From: Octopus vulgaris
Lineage: Eukaryota
NCBI GenBank assembly: GCA_951406725.2
Contig: OX597824.1
Span: 91,326,001 to 91,390,000 of the forward strand
Reading direction: 5' to 3'
Length of the DNA: 64,000 nucleotides
Shown here piece after piece: positions 15,485 through 29,192 of the stretch. A model generated the notes under the pieces. That model was not told where the DNA came from. It was given only the letters and a program-made list of their open reading frames with translations, and made no database searches. The translations under genes and the position numbers were made by a program. Position 1 is the first letter of the stretch. Every line of letters begins with the position of its first letter.

Positions 15485-15974
15485 GATGGGTGCTGGAAGA
15501 ATCGTTAGCACATCAGATAAAACGCTTAGCAACATTAAGTTCTGATTTCAAATTCCACCAAGTTCGACTTTGCTTTTTTCCCCACTCCCTTAAAAAAATT
15601 GCTGGCCCCGTGCTAGTTTTGGAGCGTGGGTGTTTTCTTCGTGCTAGTTTTGGAGCGTGGGTGTTTTCTTCAAGAGCGACTTCTTTATGCTTAAGTACTC
15701 CATCCTTGTCATACGCGACAAAGGTTCACTCTCTACCCAACGTATTGAGGAAGAAGGGCTTGGTCAAGATGCTATTTTGTGTGGTAGGACAGTCCGCTTC
15801 TAGTCTTTATGTCATCGACCAAATATGGGAGAGAAAGGAGCCAACCACCACCACCACCACCACCACTACCACCACCAACAACAACAACACTATCACCACC
15901 ACTACCACCACCACCACCACTACTATCACAATCCCTACCACCACCATATATATATTAATCTGTTATATATGTGC

Positions 15975-16010
<36 letters not shown>

Positions 16011-16499
16011 GAATACAAAAAATGGGACAAGAATGCAAAACATCTAGACAGATGATACAAAAAAGGGATAAGAAAAAACAAGGACAGGTTATTCAGAGTT
16101 TTCTTTCCTCAGTCGAGTTCCAGATTATCTTTGCAATTTCGGCTGGTTATACTCGAGATTACTCCAATGCGGCCAGCCCCAAGGAAAAACTAAGCTAAGA
16201 GAACTAGAAAGCAGCGAATGTATACGAAAACAAGGACGGAAAATAAAACGGAGAAATGGTACACAAATGCACATGCAAATAACAGGACATTAACAACAGG
16301 TGACTTTCGACTAAGGATGAATTAAATTAAGCTGGCGGGTGGGGAAGTGAAGTTTTACGTAAGGGGCATGAGATGACTATCTCTCAATGGAGAAAAATTC
16401 GAGTTCGTATTCTGTGTCGAGGGTTCGAGGGCCTAGAAATTAACAGAAACAATGTTTTGTTTTCGTTAAAATCCCGAAACACAGAAACACACTTTGAAT

Positions 16500-16695
16500 G
16501 ACAGAATCGTTAGCACGACGAAGAAAATGCTGAGAGGCATTTCGTCTGTCTTTACGTTGTGAGATCAAATTTCGCCGAAGTCGACGTTGCCCCTCATTCC
16601 TTCCGGGCTCGATGAAATAAATACCAGTTGAGGACTGTGTCCGATTTAATCGACTTACCTGCTTTCCTGAAATTACTGGCCTTGTGCCAAAATTA
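16500..16695 (+). mobile_element. SINE family B copy (another degenerate copy at about 15490-15615)
   Basis: CAGAATCGTTAGCAC...AATGCT...GTCGAC...GATGAAATAAATACCAG. Confidence 0.75.
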
Positions 16696-16751
16696 TAATT
16701 ATCTATTTATCTATACAAACACACACACATGTATTTATGTATGTATGTATG

Positions 16752-16852
<101 letters not shown>

Positions 16853-16901
16853 GATAGATAGATAGATAGATAGATATATAGATATACACACATATATATA
16901 T

Positions 16902-17028
<127 letters not shown>

Positions 17029-18164
17029 TTTGTACACATTTATTTATACGTGCATGAAGGTGTGTGTACGTACTCGTGTATGTTTATATATGTTTATATA
17101 TGTGCATGGTGGAAAGAGCCCCAGCGTGGCCACACAATACTCAAGCTAAGTAGTTGGCTAAACATAACACTATTTATATATTTACACGTCTGAAGATCAA
17201 CAACACCGAAAGCCGAGTCAAAGGGGCCACCAGGTCAGTGAGTGGAGTGCAAGCGAGGCGGTGATATCACGTGACATGTACATTTCCAAAATTACGATTT
17301 TTTTTGTCAGCCTTCCTTTCATCTTTCTTTCCTTTTTATTTGTTTTCATTGTTCTTCTACATCATCATGAACATCACCATCATCATCATATTCTTCTTCG
17401 TCTTCTTCCTTCTTTCTTTCTTTCTCTTTCTTTTATTCTTTCCTATTTCTTTGTTTCCTTTCTCTGTTTCTTTTTCTATTATTTTCTTTCTTTCATTCAT
17501 TTTTTCCCCTTTCTTTCCTTTTTTTTACTTTCTTTTTCTCTTTCCTTAAATCTTGAACGGTGGGAAATTTGCAATAAAGCGAGAAACCAGTTGAAATATT
17601 AAACAAAAATAACATCAATGTTATCAACAACAACAGCAACAACAACAACTACAACAACCACAGCAACAACAACAATACAAAAAAAAAACATTTACCAAAA
17701 GCACAAGCAAAATCAATAAGATAACTTCCATAAAACCAAAGTAAAATATAAAAAAAAAGTAGTACGGCTAACAACAACAACAACATCAAGGATAATACGA
17801 ACAGCAGCGACATCACCAACAACCGCAATAACAAACACACAATAACAACATCGACGACTACAACAAACAAACACAACAATAATAAGCAGAACAGTAGCAG
17901 CAACAACAACAATAACAACGATAGGTGTACACATATAGAACTCCTATTTCATTTTGCCTGTAACCGTTTAATGATACTTATTAGTGAATCAGATTTTCAG
18001 AGATGCATCATGGTTATACCGATATAATGTGGGGAAAATATAATATTGACAATAATGATAATAATAACAATAAAATCAATAACAATAATAAATCATCTGT
18101 TACGTGGAAACGTACGTAGCGATGTATTAAATATTTATAAATACCATCCTGGTATCATTGTTAT

Positions 18165-18244
<80 letters not shown>

Positions 18245-18246
18245 CA

Positions 18247-18575
18247 GGCGCAGGCGTGGCTGTGTGGCAAAAAGTTTGCTTCCCAACTAAATGGTTCGGG
18301 GTTCAGTCCCACTGCGTGGCACCATGGTCAAGTGTCTTCTACTACAGCCACGGATCGACTAAAGCTTTGTGAGTGGATTTACTTTCAGTTTCCGTTTACC
18401 AGCTCTATTCACAAAGCTTTGGCTGGCTATAGTAGAAGACACTTGCGCAAGGTGCCACGCAGTGGGACTGAATCCGAAACCATTTGGTTAGAAACCAAAT
18501 TTCTTACCATACACACAACTTTATCTTCTACTTGTCTCAGTCATTGGACTGCAGCCATGCTGGAGCAACGTCTTG
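18247..18575. mobile_element. Rearranged SINE family A fragments in opposite orientations
   Basis: Plus-strand head 18247-18380 followed by a minus-strand head about 18383-18512 and a minus-strand tail piece about 18528-18570. Confidence 0.75.
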
Positions 18576-18740
18576 AAGTGTTTAATCATTGTGCACAAAC
18601 TGTGACCCGTGGGACTTTCTGAATGTTCGATTATATTGAAATCCTGTGATTGTGGAACCCAGTCCAAGTGGCTTACTTCACTTTTGTGCTCTTCGCATTA
18701 ATCTTGAAATGGCCGTGTGAATCGGCACATTATTGTCCGG

Positions 18741-19018
18741 GAAGATTGTATACCCTGCGTGTATGCTGTCGTTGTTTTTCTTCCTCATGTGAGACATGAA
18801 CCCATCATATCAAGGTTCTTGAACGCTTCTGTCAAAGGCGCCTGGGACATTCTGAAAGTTGTCTGATCCTTGCAGACTCCATGCACAAAGGTTTTTAGGA
18901 GAACTGATGTCCTGGGCATTGAGGCAATGGTGCACAAGCGCCGTTTATGTTTGACTGAACACCTTGTTCGGATAAAGGATCAGAGGATCCCCTAAGGAGA
19001 GGCTACATGGTGAAGCTG
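18741..19018 (+). pseudogene. RTE-clade LINE reverse transcriptase C-terminal remnant
   Basis: Frameshifted translation KIVYPACMLS.../CET*THHIKVLERFCQRRL.../VFRRTDVLGIEAMVHKRRLCLTEHLVRIKDQRIP.../ERLHGEL matches the RTE motifs CETW...LERF.QRCL and LRW.GHV.RM.D.RIPK..LYGEL. Confidence 0.8.
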
Positions 19019-19335
19019 TTTGTGGCATGCATGTATGTATGTATGTATGTATGTATGTATGTATGTGTGTGTGTGTGTGTGTGTGCATGTATGTATGTGT
19101 GTGGGTGTGTGTCTGTGTGTATGTCATTATTCAGTTTTATTTCAAGATTATTTGTCAATGGAGAAAGGGCCGGTTTATAACCCTAGATCCAAGACACCTT
19201 CATTTGAATTTCAACATCAACAACAGGGTATTATGCATGTATGTATTTATGTAGGTTGGTAGGTAGGTATGTATGTAGGTAGATAGGTAGATATGTATGC
19301 ATGTATCTATTTATGTATGTATGTGTGTGTGTATG

Positions 19336-19369
<34 letters not shown>

Positions 19370-19577
19370 TGTATGTATGTATGTATGTAGGTAGGTAGGT
19401 AGGTAGGAAGGTAGGTAGGTAGGCAGGTAGGTAGGTAGGTAGTTATGAATATAACATTTAATAAACACAGGATTTATAGGTGAACTACAATCAGATTCTA
19501 GCTCATATAATACAACAGGTCGGGTTTTATAGCGATCAATCGTTCAGCTATACACACACACACACACACACACAAAG

Positions 19578-19620
<43 letters not shown>

Positions 19621-19621
19621 G

Positions 19622-19664
<43 letters not shown>

Positions 19665-19985
19665 ACCCGATCGGCGACATATGAGTACTTATTAACATAA
19701 CTTATTCAAAAGTTAAAACCAAGAAAAACTTAGAAAAAAAAAACAAAAACGCTAAATAAAAAAAAAAAAGGTTAAAAATACTCAGCTTCTATAATTATTG
19801 AATCAGAAGGTGAATGTTTGTTTTGTTTGGTCTTGGTTTTTTTTCTTTTTAGTGTTTTTTTTTTTACAACATAATAATCAAAGTAACACCAGAACGCTAA
19901 AAGCTCGAACAAAAACAGTCTGAAGCTATAATTACCGTGAAAAACAAAACAACAAAATTGTGTCCACAACAAACATGGCGGATTG

Positions 19986-20018
<33 letters not shown>

Positions 20019-20062
20019 TTGTGTGTGTGTATGTATATATATATGTATGTATATATATATGT

Positions 20063-20177
<115 letters not shown>

Positions 20178-20234
20178 TAGATAGATAGATAGATTGATAG
20201 ATAGATAGACAGACAGACAGAGATAGACAGACAG

Positions 20235-20266
<32 letters not shown>

Positions 20267-20324
20267 TGGCAGGTAGGTAGGTAGGTAGGTAGGTAGGTAA
20301 GTAGGTAGGTAGAAAGATAGATAA

Positions 20325-20424
<100 letters not shown>

Positions 20425-20785
20425 TTCGACAGATAGATATTTGAAGCCGTCCGTTTCTATAACAAGGACTAGGTATGGCGGAAGTATGTTGGTAATGGCG
20501 GTTAGCAGGGTATTATGTGGTGTTCGTTGGTGACAGGCCCTGCTAGGAGATGATATAGTATTATCAATCAGTCGATGTAATTAGGGTAAAAAAGTGAAGG
20601 TCGTTTTCGATGTAACTTGGTACTCGGTTAAGATGGCTGCCGTTTAGCAGGATTTAATTGAAAATATAGGGAAAGCACTCGTATGGCGATATAAATGAGT
20701 TTATATCATATGTGTTCGTGTGTATGTGTGTGTAAGTGGGTGCGTGTGTATATACGTATATTTGTATACTCTTATATGTGTATGT

Positions 20786-20823
<38 letters not shown>

Positions 20824-20996
20824 CTTATTGTGTGTATCTGTGTAAGTGGGCGCACGTATATATATATGTATATTTGTATACGCTTATATGTGTGTGTGTT
20901 CGTGTTTGTGTGTGTGTGGTATGTGTTGTGCTCGCGTTTGTTTGTGTGCATATGTATACGTGAATATACGTATATGTGTGTGTACCCTTATATCTA

Positions 20997-21039
<43 letters not shown>

Positions 21040-21050
21040 GTATATGTATG

Positions 21051-21103
<53 letters not shown>

Positions 21104-21107
<4 letters not shown>

Positions 21108-21387
21108 CGCAATGGCCTAGTGGTTAGGGCAGCGGACTCGCGGTCGTAGGATCGCGGTTTCGATTCCCAGACCGGGCGTTGTGAGTGTTTATTGAGCGAA
21201 AACACCTAAAAAAGCTGCACGAAGCTCCGGCAGGGGGTGGGGTGAGCCCTGCTGTACTCTTTCATCACACTTTCTCCCACTCTTAGCCAGCGGGGTGGCG
21301 TCATTCGAAGGGTAAAACAATGCGAAGGCATTGTGACCAGCGATGTGTAACAACATCTGATGGTCTGGTCGGTCACGTGATCACGTG

Positions 21388-21390
<3 letters not shown>
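21104..21390 (+). mobile_element. tRNA-derived SINE family C, near full length
   Basis: A box TGGCCTAGTGG, B-box-like GGTTTCGATTCC, tail GGTCACGTGATCACGTGATA; second copy on minus strand at 54854-55018. Confidence 0.85.
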
Positions 21391-21421
<31 letters not shown>

Positions 21422-21881
21422 ATGCATATATATGTATATATGTATATGTGTGTGTGTGTGTGTGTGTGTATGCAAAATTGTTAAACAGGACAGCAAACAT
21501 TAATGCAAGGCAAACATTTCAAGCCATATGCCCATATGCAATCCTTACCTAGCGTACCTAACCGTTTAGATCACCTGTGATCAGGTTAAAGAATTCTACC
21601 AGTATTTTCGTCAATTTTAAAAGCAATTTATTAAAATAGGTGCAGGAGTAACTGTGTGGCAAGAATCTTGTTTTCCAACCTCATGGTTCTACTCGTACGT
21701 TACATCGTGCCGGCGTACACTTGCCATACATTTGTATATACACGCAGTACACCCGCGCGATGTTACGTAAAAGTAGAAAAAATGGCTCCCAAAAATTTAA
21801 ACCATTCACGGTTGTGAATGTGACTCCCGCTTGCCTAGATTTCTACACGAAGCAGCAACAGCAGCACTCACAGAATTTCTC

Positions 21882-21883
21882 TG

Positions 21884-21944
<61 letters not shown>

Positions 21945-21945
21945 T

Positions 21946-22038
<93 letters not shown>

Positions 22039-22088
22039 TCTTTCTCTCTCTCTCTCTCTCTCTCTCCTCTATCTCTCTCTCTCTCTTT
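21882..22088. repeat. (CT)n microsatellite
   Basis: Directly visible. Confidence 0.95.
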
Positions 22089-22419
22089 CCCTGTCGCTCT
22101 CCATCCAGTTCTCTTCTCTCGATGTGCCGCAGGATCAAGTGTGTCGGGGCCGAGAAGGTACCTCTATTTGCTCGCCACTGTATGAGTACCAAAAGCAATA
22201 AGAGAGACCATGGTATGACACCAACACTCACTCTCGCTCGTCTGCGATGATTGTTTGTACCTCTTAAAAATTGCAATTTGCCCGCCCTCTTCCACCCTCC
22301 ACAGTCACTCCACCTACTGTGCAAAAACTAAACTAAACTAAAGACGGGTTATCTGAGGGCGAATTGTTTACCATATCTCAATGTGTACGTAAAGGTTCCG
22401 TGTTTGGCTCGTAACAAAC

Positions 22420-23508
22420 GTTGTTGATAGTGGTAGTGGTGGTGCTGGTGCTGGTGGTGGTGATGCTGGTGGTGGTGGTGATGCTGGTGGTGGTGCTGGT
22501 GCTAGTGGTGGAGGTGGTGGTGACGCTGGTGATGCTGGTGATGCTGGTGGTGGTGCTGGTGCTAGTGGTGGTGGTGGTGGTGATGATGGTGGTGGTGGTG
22601 GCGGTGGCGGCGGTGGCGGCGGTAGTGGTGGGAATGCTGGTGCTGGTGGTGTTGGTGGTGGAGCTGGTGCTAGTGGTGATGGTGGTGATGGTGGTGGTGG
22701 TGGCGGTGGCGGCGGTGGTGGTGGGAATGCTGGTGCTGGTGGTGCTGGTGGTGATGGTGGTGGAGCTGGTGCTGGGGCTGGTGCTAGTGGTGATGGTGTT
22801 GTTGTTGTCGTTGGTGGTGGTGCTGGTGGCGGCGGCGGCGGTGAAATCGAAATAGCGGTGGCGGTGATGGTGGTTGTGGTGATGGTAGCTATGGTTATAG
22901 TGACGGCGGTAATGGTGGTGTTGCTAGTGGTGGCGGTGGTGCTGACGTAAATGCTGACGGTGGTGGTAGTGATGGTAGTGGTGGTGGTGATAATGATAAT
23001 GCCGATTCTAGTAGTGGCAGTAGTGTTCGTGGTGACTCTGTGCGTGTGCGTGTGTGTGTGATGGTGAGGTGGTAGTGTGGTGGCGGAGATTCGAACGTCA
23101 GAGCTGCAGTTCTTCCAAGTGTTGTTTATTTTCTGTCATGTTCCAACTTTGCTTGGCTTTAATTCGCCGCCAGACGGCGTGCTGTGACATAATTGCTGGT
23201 TCAAGAAAGACGGACAGGCAATTAGCCAGGCTAATTAGTTTTAGGGTTGCGGTTGCGGTGGTGATGGTGGTGGTGGTGGTGGTGGTGGTGGTGGTGGTGG
23301 TGGTAGTGGTGGTGGTGGTAGTGGTGGTGGTGGTGGTGGTGGTGGTGGTGGTGGTGGTGGTGGTGGTGGTGGTGGTGGTGGTGGTGGTGGTGGTGGTAGT
23401 GGTGATGGTGGTGGTGGTGGTGATGGTGGTGGTGGTGGTGGTGGTGGTGGTGGTGGTGGTGGTGGTGGTGGTGGTGGTGGTGGTGGTGGTGGTGGTGGTG
23501 GTGGTGGC
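22420..23508. repeat. Degenerate and pure (GGT)n tracts around a short unique island (about 23085-23245)
   Basis: Directly visible. Confidence 0.9.
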
Positions 23509-23664
23509 GACAAGGTTGTGTCATATTGTCTTGGCAGAGATTTCAGAATTAAGATAGTGTTGTTGTGGTTGACGTCGTTGTTGTTATGGTTGTTGTTGAT
23601 ATTGACTCCAGTGGTGTAGTGGCGGCGGTGATGGTGTTTGGGGTTGTAGCCGTGGTGATGAGAA

Positions 23665-25220
23665 TGCCGGACAGAATGTCACGGAAAAAAATACCGCATT
23701 AAAAATTTCCTGGAGAAAATTCCACAGAAAAAAGTGCCGCAGAAACAATGTATCACTGCAAAAATATTCCACAGAAAAAAATGTCACAGTAAAAATTCTA
23801 CAGTAAAATATTACAGGGAATTCCAAAGGAAAAGGTACCACAGGAAAAAAATTATACAAGATAAATTCCACAGCAAAAATGTCACAGGAAAACGTGCAAC
23901 AGGAAAAAAATCCACAGGAAAAATGCCACCATAAAAATCCACAGTAAAATGTCCACAGGAAAAAGTGCAACAGAAAAAATTCCACAGGAAAAAATTCTAT
24001 AGGAAAAATTCCATCATAAAAAATCCTCAGTAAAATGTTCACAGGAAAAAGTGCAACAGGAAAAATTCCACAGGAAAAAATTCTATAGGAAAAATTCCAT
24101 CATAAAAAATCCTCAGTAAAATGTTCACAGGAAAAAGTGCAACAGGAAAAATTCCACAGGAAAAAATTCTATAGGAAAAATTCCATCATAAAAAATCCTC
24201 AGTAAAATGTTCACAGGAAAAAGTGCAACAGAAAAAATTCCACAGGAAAAAATTCTATAGGAAAAATTCCATCATAAAAAATCCTCAGTAAAATGTTCAC
24301 AGGAAAAAGTGCAACAGGAAAAATTCTACAGGAAAATATTCTATAGGAAAAATTCCATCATAAAAAATCCACAGTAAAAAGCCCACAGGAAAAAGTGCAA
24401 CAGGAAAAATTCTACAGGAAAATATTCTATAGGAAAAATTCCATCATAAAAAATCCTCAGTAAAATGTTCACAGGAAAAAGTGCAACAGGAAAAATTCCA
24501 CATAGTAAAAATTCATCATAAAAATCCCAGTAAAATGTTCACAGGAAAAGTGCAACAGGAAAAATTCTACACTATAGGAAAAATTCATCATCCACATAAA
24601 ATGAAGGAAAAAGTGCACCACAGGAAAAATTCTATGCCATCATAAAAATCCTCAGTAAAATGTTCACAGGAAAAAGTGCAACAGGAAAAATTCTACAGGA
24701 AAAAATTCTATAGGAAAAATTCCATCATAAAAAATCCACAGTAAAAAGCCCACAGGATACAGCGCTACAGGAAAAATTCCACCATAACAATTCCACAGTA
24801 AAAAGCCCACAGGATACAGCGCAACAGGAAAACATTCCACATGAAAAACACCACAGGAAAGTGCCGCAGGAAAAAGTGCAATAGGAAAAAATTCCACTGG
24901 AAAAATGCCACAATACAGGAAAAAGTACCGCAGAAAAATGTGCCACAGGAAAAAAATTCCTCAGAAAAAAACGTCAGTAAAAATTCCACGGTAGAAATGT
25001 CAAAGGAAAAATCCCTCAGGAAAAAGTGCAACAGGAAAAAATTCCACAGGAAAAATTCCACAGGAAAAAGTACCGCAGAAAAATGTGCCACAGGAAAAGA
25101 TTCCTCAGAAAAAATGTTTGTAAAAATTCCACTGTAGAACTGTCAAAGGAAAAATCCCGCAGGAAAAAATTCCACAGGAAAAATCCCACCAGAAAATGTA
25201 CAACAGGAAAAAATTCCGCA
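23665..25220. repeat. Minisatellite of 14-15 bp units with an 86-bp higher-order repeat
   Basis: TAAAATGT recurs at 23945, 24031, 24117, 24203 and 24289 (86-bp period); subunit consensus about AAAAATTCCACAGG; related fragment at 27450-27540. Confidence 0.92.
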
Positions 25221-25277
25221 GATGAGGATGCTGGTGGTGGCGGTGGTGGTGCTGGTGCTGGTAAATGTGATAGGTCT

Positions 25278-25435
25278 GGTGGCTGTGTGGTACGAAGTTT
25301 GCTTAGCAACTGCATGATTCCGGGTTCAGTCCCACTGTGCGACTCTCCTTGTCAAGTGTCTTCTACTATAGTCTCGGACCAACTACAGCCTTGTTATGGA
25401 TTCGGTAGACGGAAACTGAAAGAAGCACGTCGCAT
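25278..25435 (+). mobile_element. SINE family A, 5' half
   Basis: TGGCTGTGTGG...GGGTTCAGTCCCACTG...GGAAACTGAAAGAAG. Confidence 0.8.
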
Positions 25436-25444
25436 ATGTGTGTG

Positions 25445-25760
25445 GGGGCGAGTGAAGAGGGGGTGAAGATAGATTGAAGGTGTAGATGAAGATGGGTGTG
25501 AAGGTGGGGGGGTAAAGACGGGGTGAAGTTGGGGGTGAAGATGGAGTGAAGGGGTGGATGAAGATGGGAGTGAAGGCGGGGTGTGAAGATGAGGATGAAT
25601 ATGGGGGTGAAGATGGGGTGAAGGTGGGGGTGAAGATGGGGAGAAGGTGGGGGTGAAGGTGATGTGTTAAGAGTGAGATGAAGATGGATATGAAGATGGG
25701 GGTCAAAGTGGGGGTTGAAAGTGGGGATGAAGATGGGAGTGAAGGTGGAAGTGAGGATGA
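25445..25760. repeat. G-rich minisatellite of about 12 bp, (GGGGTGAAGATG)n-like
   Basis: Directly visible; G-quadruplex potential is inference. Confidence 0.8.
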
Positions 25761-26324
25761 GGAATAAAACGGTGGTAATTGCGGTGGTGGTGGTGGTGGT
25801 GGTGGTGGTGATTGTTGTTGTGGTGGTGGAGATGGTGATGATGATTATTGTGATAGTGTTTGTTAGCGACTGCAGCGCTGGTGCTGGTGGTAGTCGTCGT
25901 CGTGATAGTGTTAACGGGTTTGGATGGGTGGGTGGGTGGTGTCGTGTGACGACAAGAATGGTGAGAGAGGCGAAGTGGCGGAGGGGGGGGTGGTTTATAT
26001 AAAAAAATGCTCAAGAATTCTTTCAACTGCTGTCATAATATTTTATTTATATATTTGTAAACGTGTAAATGTGTGTGTATACAAACATGCGGAGGTAGTT
26101 GGGTATGTATGTGTGTCTATACATATACATACATACATACATACACATATATGCATATATATATATATATATATTCATGTATGTGTATGTATACATGTAT
26201 ATATATATATATATGCGCATGTATGTGTATGTATGTATGTATGTATATATATGAATATAAATATATATATATATGTATGTGCGCATAATTAGGTGTATAT
26301 ATGTGCACATACATATATATATGA

Positions 26325-26355
<31 letters not shown>

Positions 26356-26367
26356 TATGTCTTATAT

Positions 26368-26427
<60 letters not shown>

Positions 26428-26564
26428 TATATCAATATACAAACATATATATATATATGTATGTCTGTGTCTGTGTTCCAGTTGTTTGTGAAAAAAACAA
26501 CTTCTAATTTCCCATGTATCTGTGAGTATCCACAACAAGCTCTCTCTCTCCCTCCCTCTCCCCC

Positions 26565-26647
<83 letters not shown>

Positions 26648-26765
26648 ATCTGTCATCTCTTTAATTGACCTGTCGCCTATAAATCTCTGCAATTTGACAT
26701 TTTTTGGCATATATTTACGGTTTCCTCTACTTTGCTTCTGATTGTTGTGCGCACATATACTACTG

Positions 26766-26810
<45 letters not shown>

Positions 26811-26972
26811 TGTGTGTGTATTTGTGTGTGTGTATGTGTGTGTGTGTGTTTGTGTACGTGTGCGCATGCGTATGCGTGCATCGATGTATAAAGATTTATG
26901 CATGTGTGCGTGCAGAGATTTATTCGAGTGTATGTGTATGTGCGCACGTCTTTGTATGTTCATATATGTATA

Positions 26973-27016
<44 letters not shown>

Positions 27017-27902
27017 TGTGTGTGTTTGTGTGTGTGTTGTGTGTATGTATGTGTGTGTGTGTATTAAACATAATTGGGGTAAGAATAATAACTCAGTGAC
27101 CAGTGGGGTATGTGTTCGATCATGTAACATATACAGGTATATCAAATATCATACAACATAATTTATTGATTTATTAAAATTATCTCCGCCTCTAGAAGAT
27201 GTGTCATAATTACGCAACGGTAATTAAGAGCAGAAGGTGAGATAATCCAAAGTTGACATGCTATTAACGAAAAGGACAAGTTTATTATCTGGAGAAACGA
27301 AGACAGGTGTTGAGACATGTTTCTGGACAGGTGTTCTGTATATTAAGCGATAAGCTACAGAAATCCGTGTTTTCTACCAGAGAAGTAGGAAATAATGATG
27401 GGGTATTCCGTGCTGAGAACGGAAGGTGATAGAGAACAGAGAGAGCGTGGGAAAGTGCAACAGGAAAATTCCACAGGAAAAATGCCACCATAAAAATTCC
27501 ACAGTAAAAAGCGCAGAGGAAAAAGTGCAGCAGGAAAAAATTAGAGATAGAGGGTAGGAGGAGAAAGTGAGTAATTCAGTGATCACAGCTATTTAAACAA
27601 AAAACTACAACTAAGAACACAATAGTTCTGTATGCATTGGTATTATAAAAGGAAGAAAATATAAGCGCAATGTGCCACGTCTTTGTCGAAATTTATATGG
27701 TTCTTGCGAGAGTCGATTTTCTCACGAATTCAAAATTACTTGACAAATTCTGGATAAGGCACAAGCTTACAAGAGTGTGAGACTTTTCAGCACAGCCATT
27801 TTGGCACTGCTTATTTAGCACCGCTTATTCGACGCGGGTTTTTTGTCATCAGACATTTTTATTTTCCTCTCGTTCTCCCTCCAGCGTTTGTCGCTCACTC
27901 CG

Positions 27903-27947
<45 letters not shown>

Positions 27948-28022
27948 TATATTTCTCTTTTTATGCACGAAAAGAAGTAAAGTGTAATAAATTATGTTAT
28001 CTTATGTTAATAAATTGTAATA

Positions 28023-28060
<38 letters not shown>

Positions 28061-28324
28061 GCATACATATACACAAATACTCACAAACACACACATAGAT
28101 AGATATATACGACGGGCTTCTTTCAGTTTCCGCCTACCAAATCCACTCACAAAGTTTTGGTCGGCCTGGGACTGTTGTAGCAGACATTTACTGCAGCGGT
28201 CCTTCAGTTCTTCTGGCAGAGTGCTTTACCATTAAGCTAAACTGCTCGTAAAACAACTCGGAAGGTTTGGCTCCCAACCAGGCTTTTCGCGATGCCTTTA
28301 AAGCCAGGAACTTTTCAGCACTCC

Positions 28325-28381
<57 letters not shown>

Positions 28382-28382
28382 A

Positions 28383-28449
28383 ATATGGCATAGTGGTTAC
28401 AAGTGCAGGCTACTAACCGCAAGATTCTGAGTTCGATTCCAAGCAGTGA

Positions 28450-28518
<69 letters not shown>

Positions 28519-28708
28519 CATCGAAAAATACCTTAAGTATGAGAACCTAGGTTCGAAATTTCCCCAAGACACCTGATGAAGGCTGGAGGTTATATCAGCC
28601 GAAACGTGTTAACAACAAACAAGATGAGGACAAATATCTGTCAAATGTAAATAACGTAAATAATGTAAATAATGTAAATAATTCCTCATCTCTTAAATAG
28701 AGAACTGT
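28383..28708 (+). mobile_element. tRNA-head/(AAT)n/HHR element, copy 2
   Basis: A box TGGCATAGTGG 28386-28396, B box GAGTTCGATTCC 28429-28440, (AAT)n, then GACAC-CTGATGA-A-GGCTG...CAGCC-GAAAC-GTGTT 28568-28610, (TGTAAATAA)n tail. Confidence 0.82.
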
Positions 28709-29012
28709 ACTGTCAACTGGTTTATGTTTCATATCTAACTCCATTATGTTTATTCAGCTTAATTATTTGATATTTGATTTGGTTTCAATGTATTTTTGTA
28801 GACATTAAAACCCTAGGCTTTGATCATATATAATTGTTGCTGAATATTCCGTTAGAAACGCAAATGGGGGCGGAACACAACGTATTGAAGTACGCAATAC
28901 GTCAAGATAAAGAGGTATATTAATTAGTTTTTATCAGTGACGCCTACACGGCTGGGAGACTCATCAGAGAGTCACTTATCGTTAAATGATTGTGTGTGGT
29001 GGGGGAAGCTCA

Positions 29013-29051
<39 letters not shown>

Positions 29052-29192
29052 TGTGTGGGGGAGCGTGTATGTGTGTGTGTGTGTGTGGATGACTGTGATA
29101 GGTAAGATAAAGAGAGAGCGGTGGCAGGGAAGGGAACTGGCCGAAATATGTATTTGATTCGACGTCACAGATACGAAATTTTAACCCAGATA

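Noticed and set aside
15609-15670. 31-bp tandem duplication
   Set aside because: Simple local duplication at a repeat junction with no further structure.
16080-16190. Minus-strand GGCTGG...CCAGCC-GAAA...CTGAGGA as a possible HHR
   Set aside because: Core elements out of order, no stems I or III, single copy.
23665-25220. CRISPR-like array
   Set aside because: Contiguous tandem repeat with no unique spacers or cas genes; eukaryotic context.
28196-28247. tRNA gene (minus strand GAGCAGTTTAGCTTAATGGTAAAGCA...) and other A/B-box heads
   Set aside because: Truncated before the T arm; other heads lack a complete cloverleaf and continue into SINE bodies.
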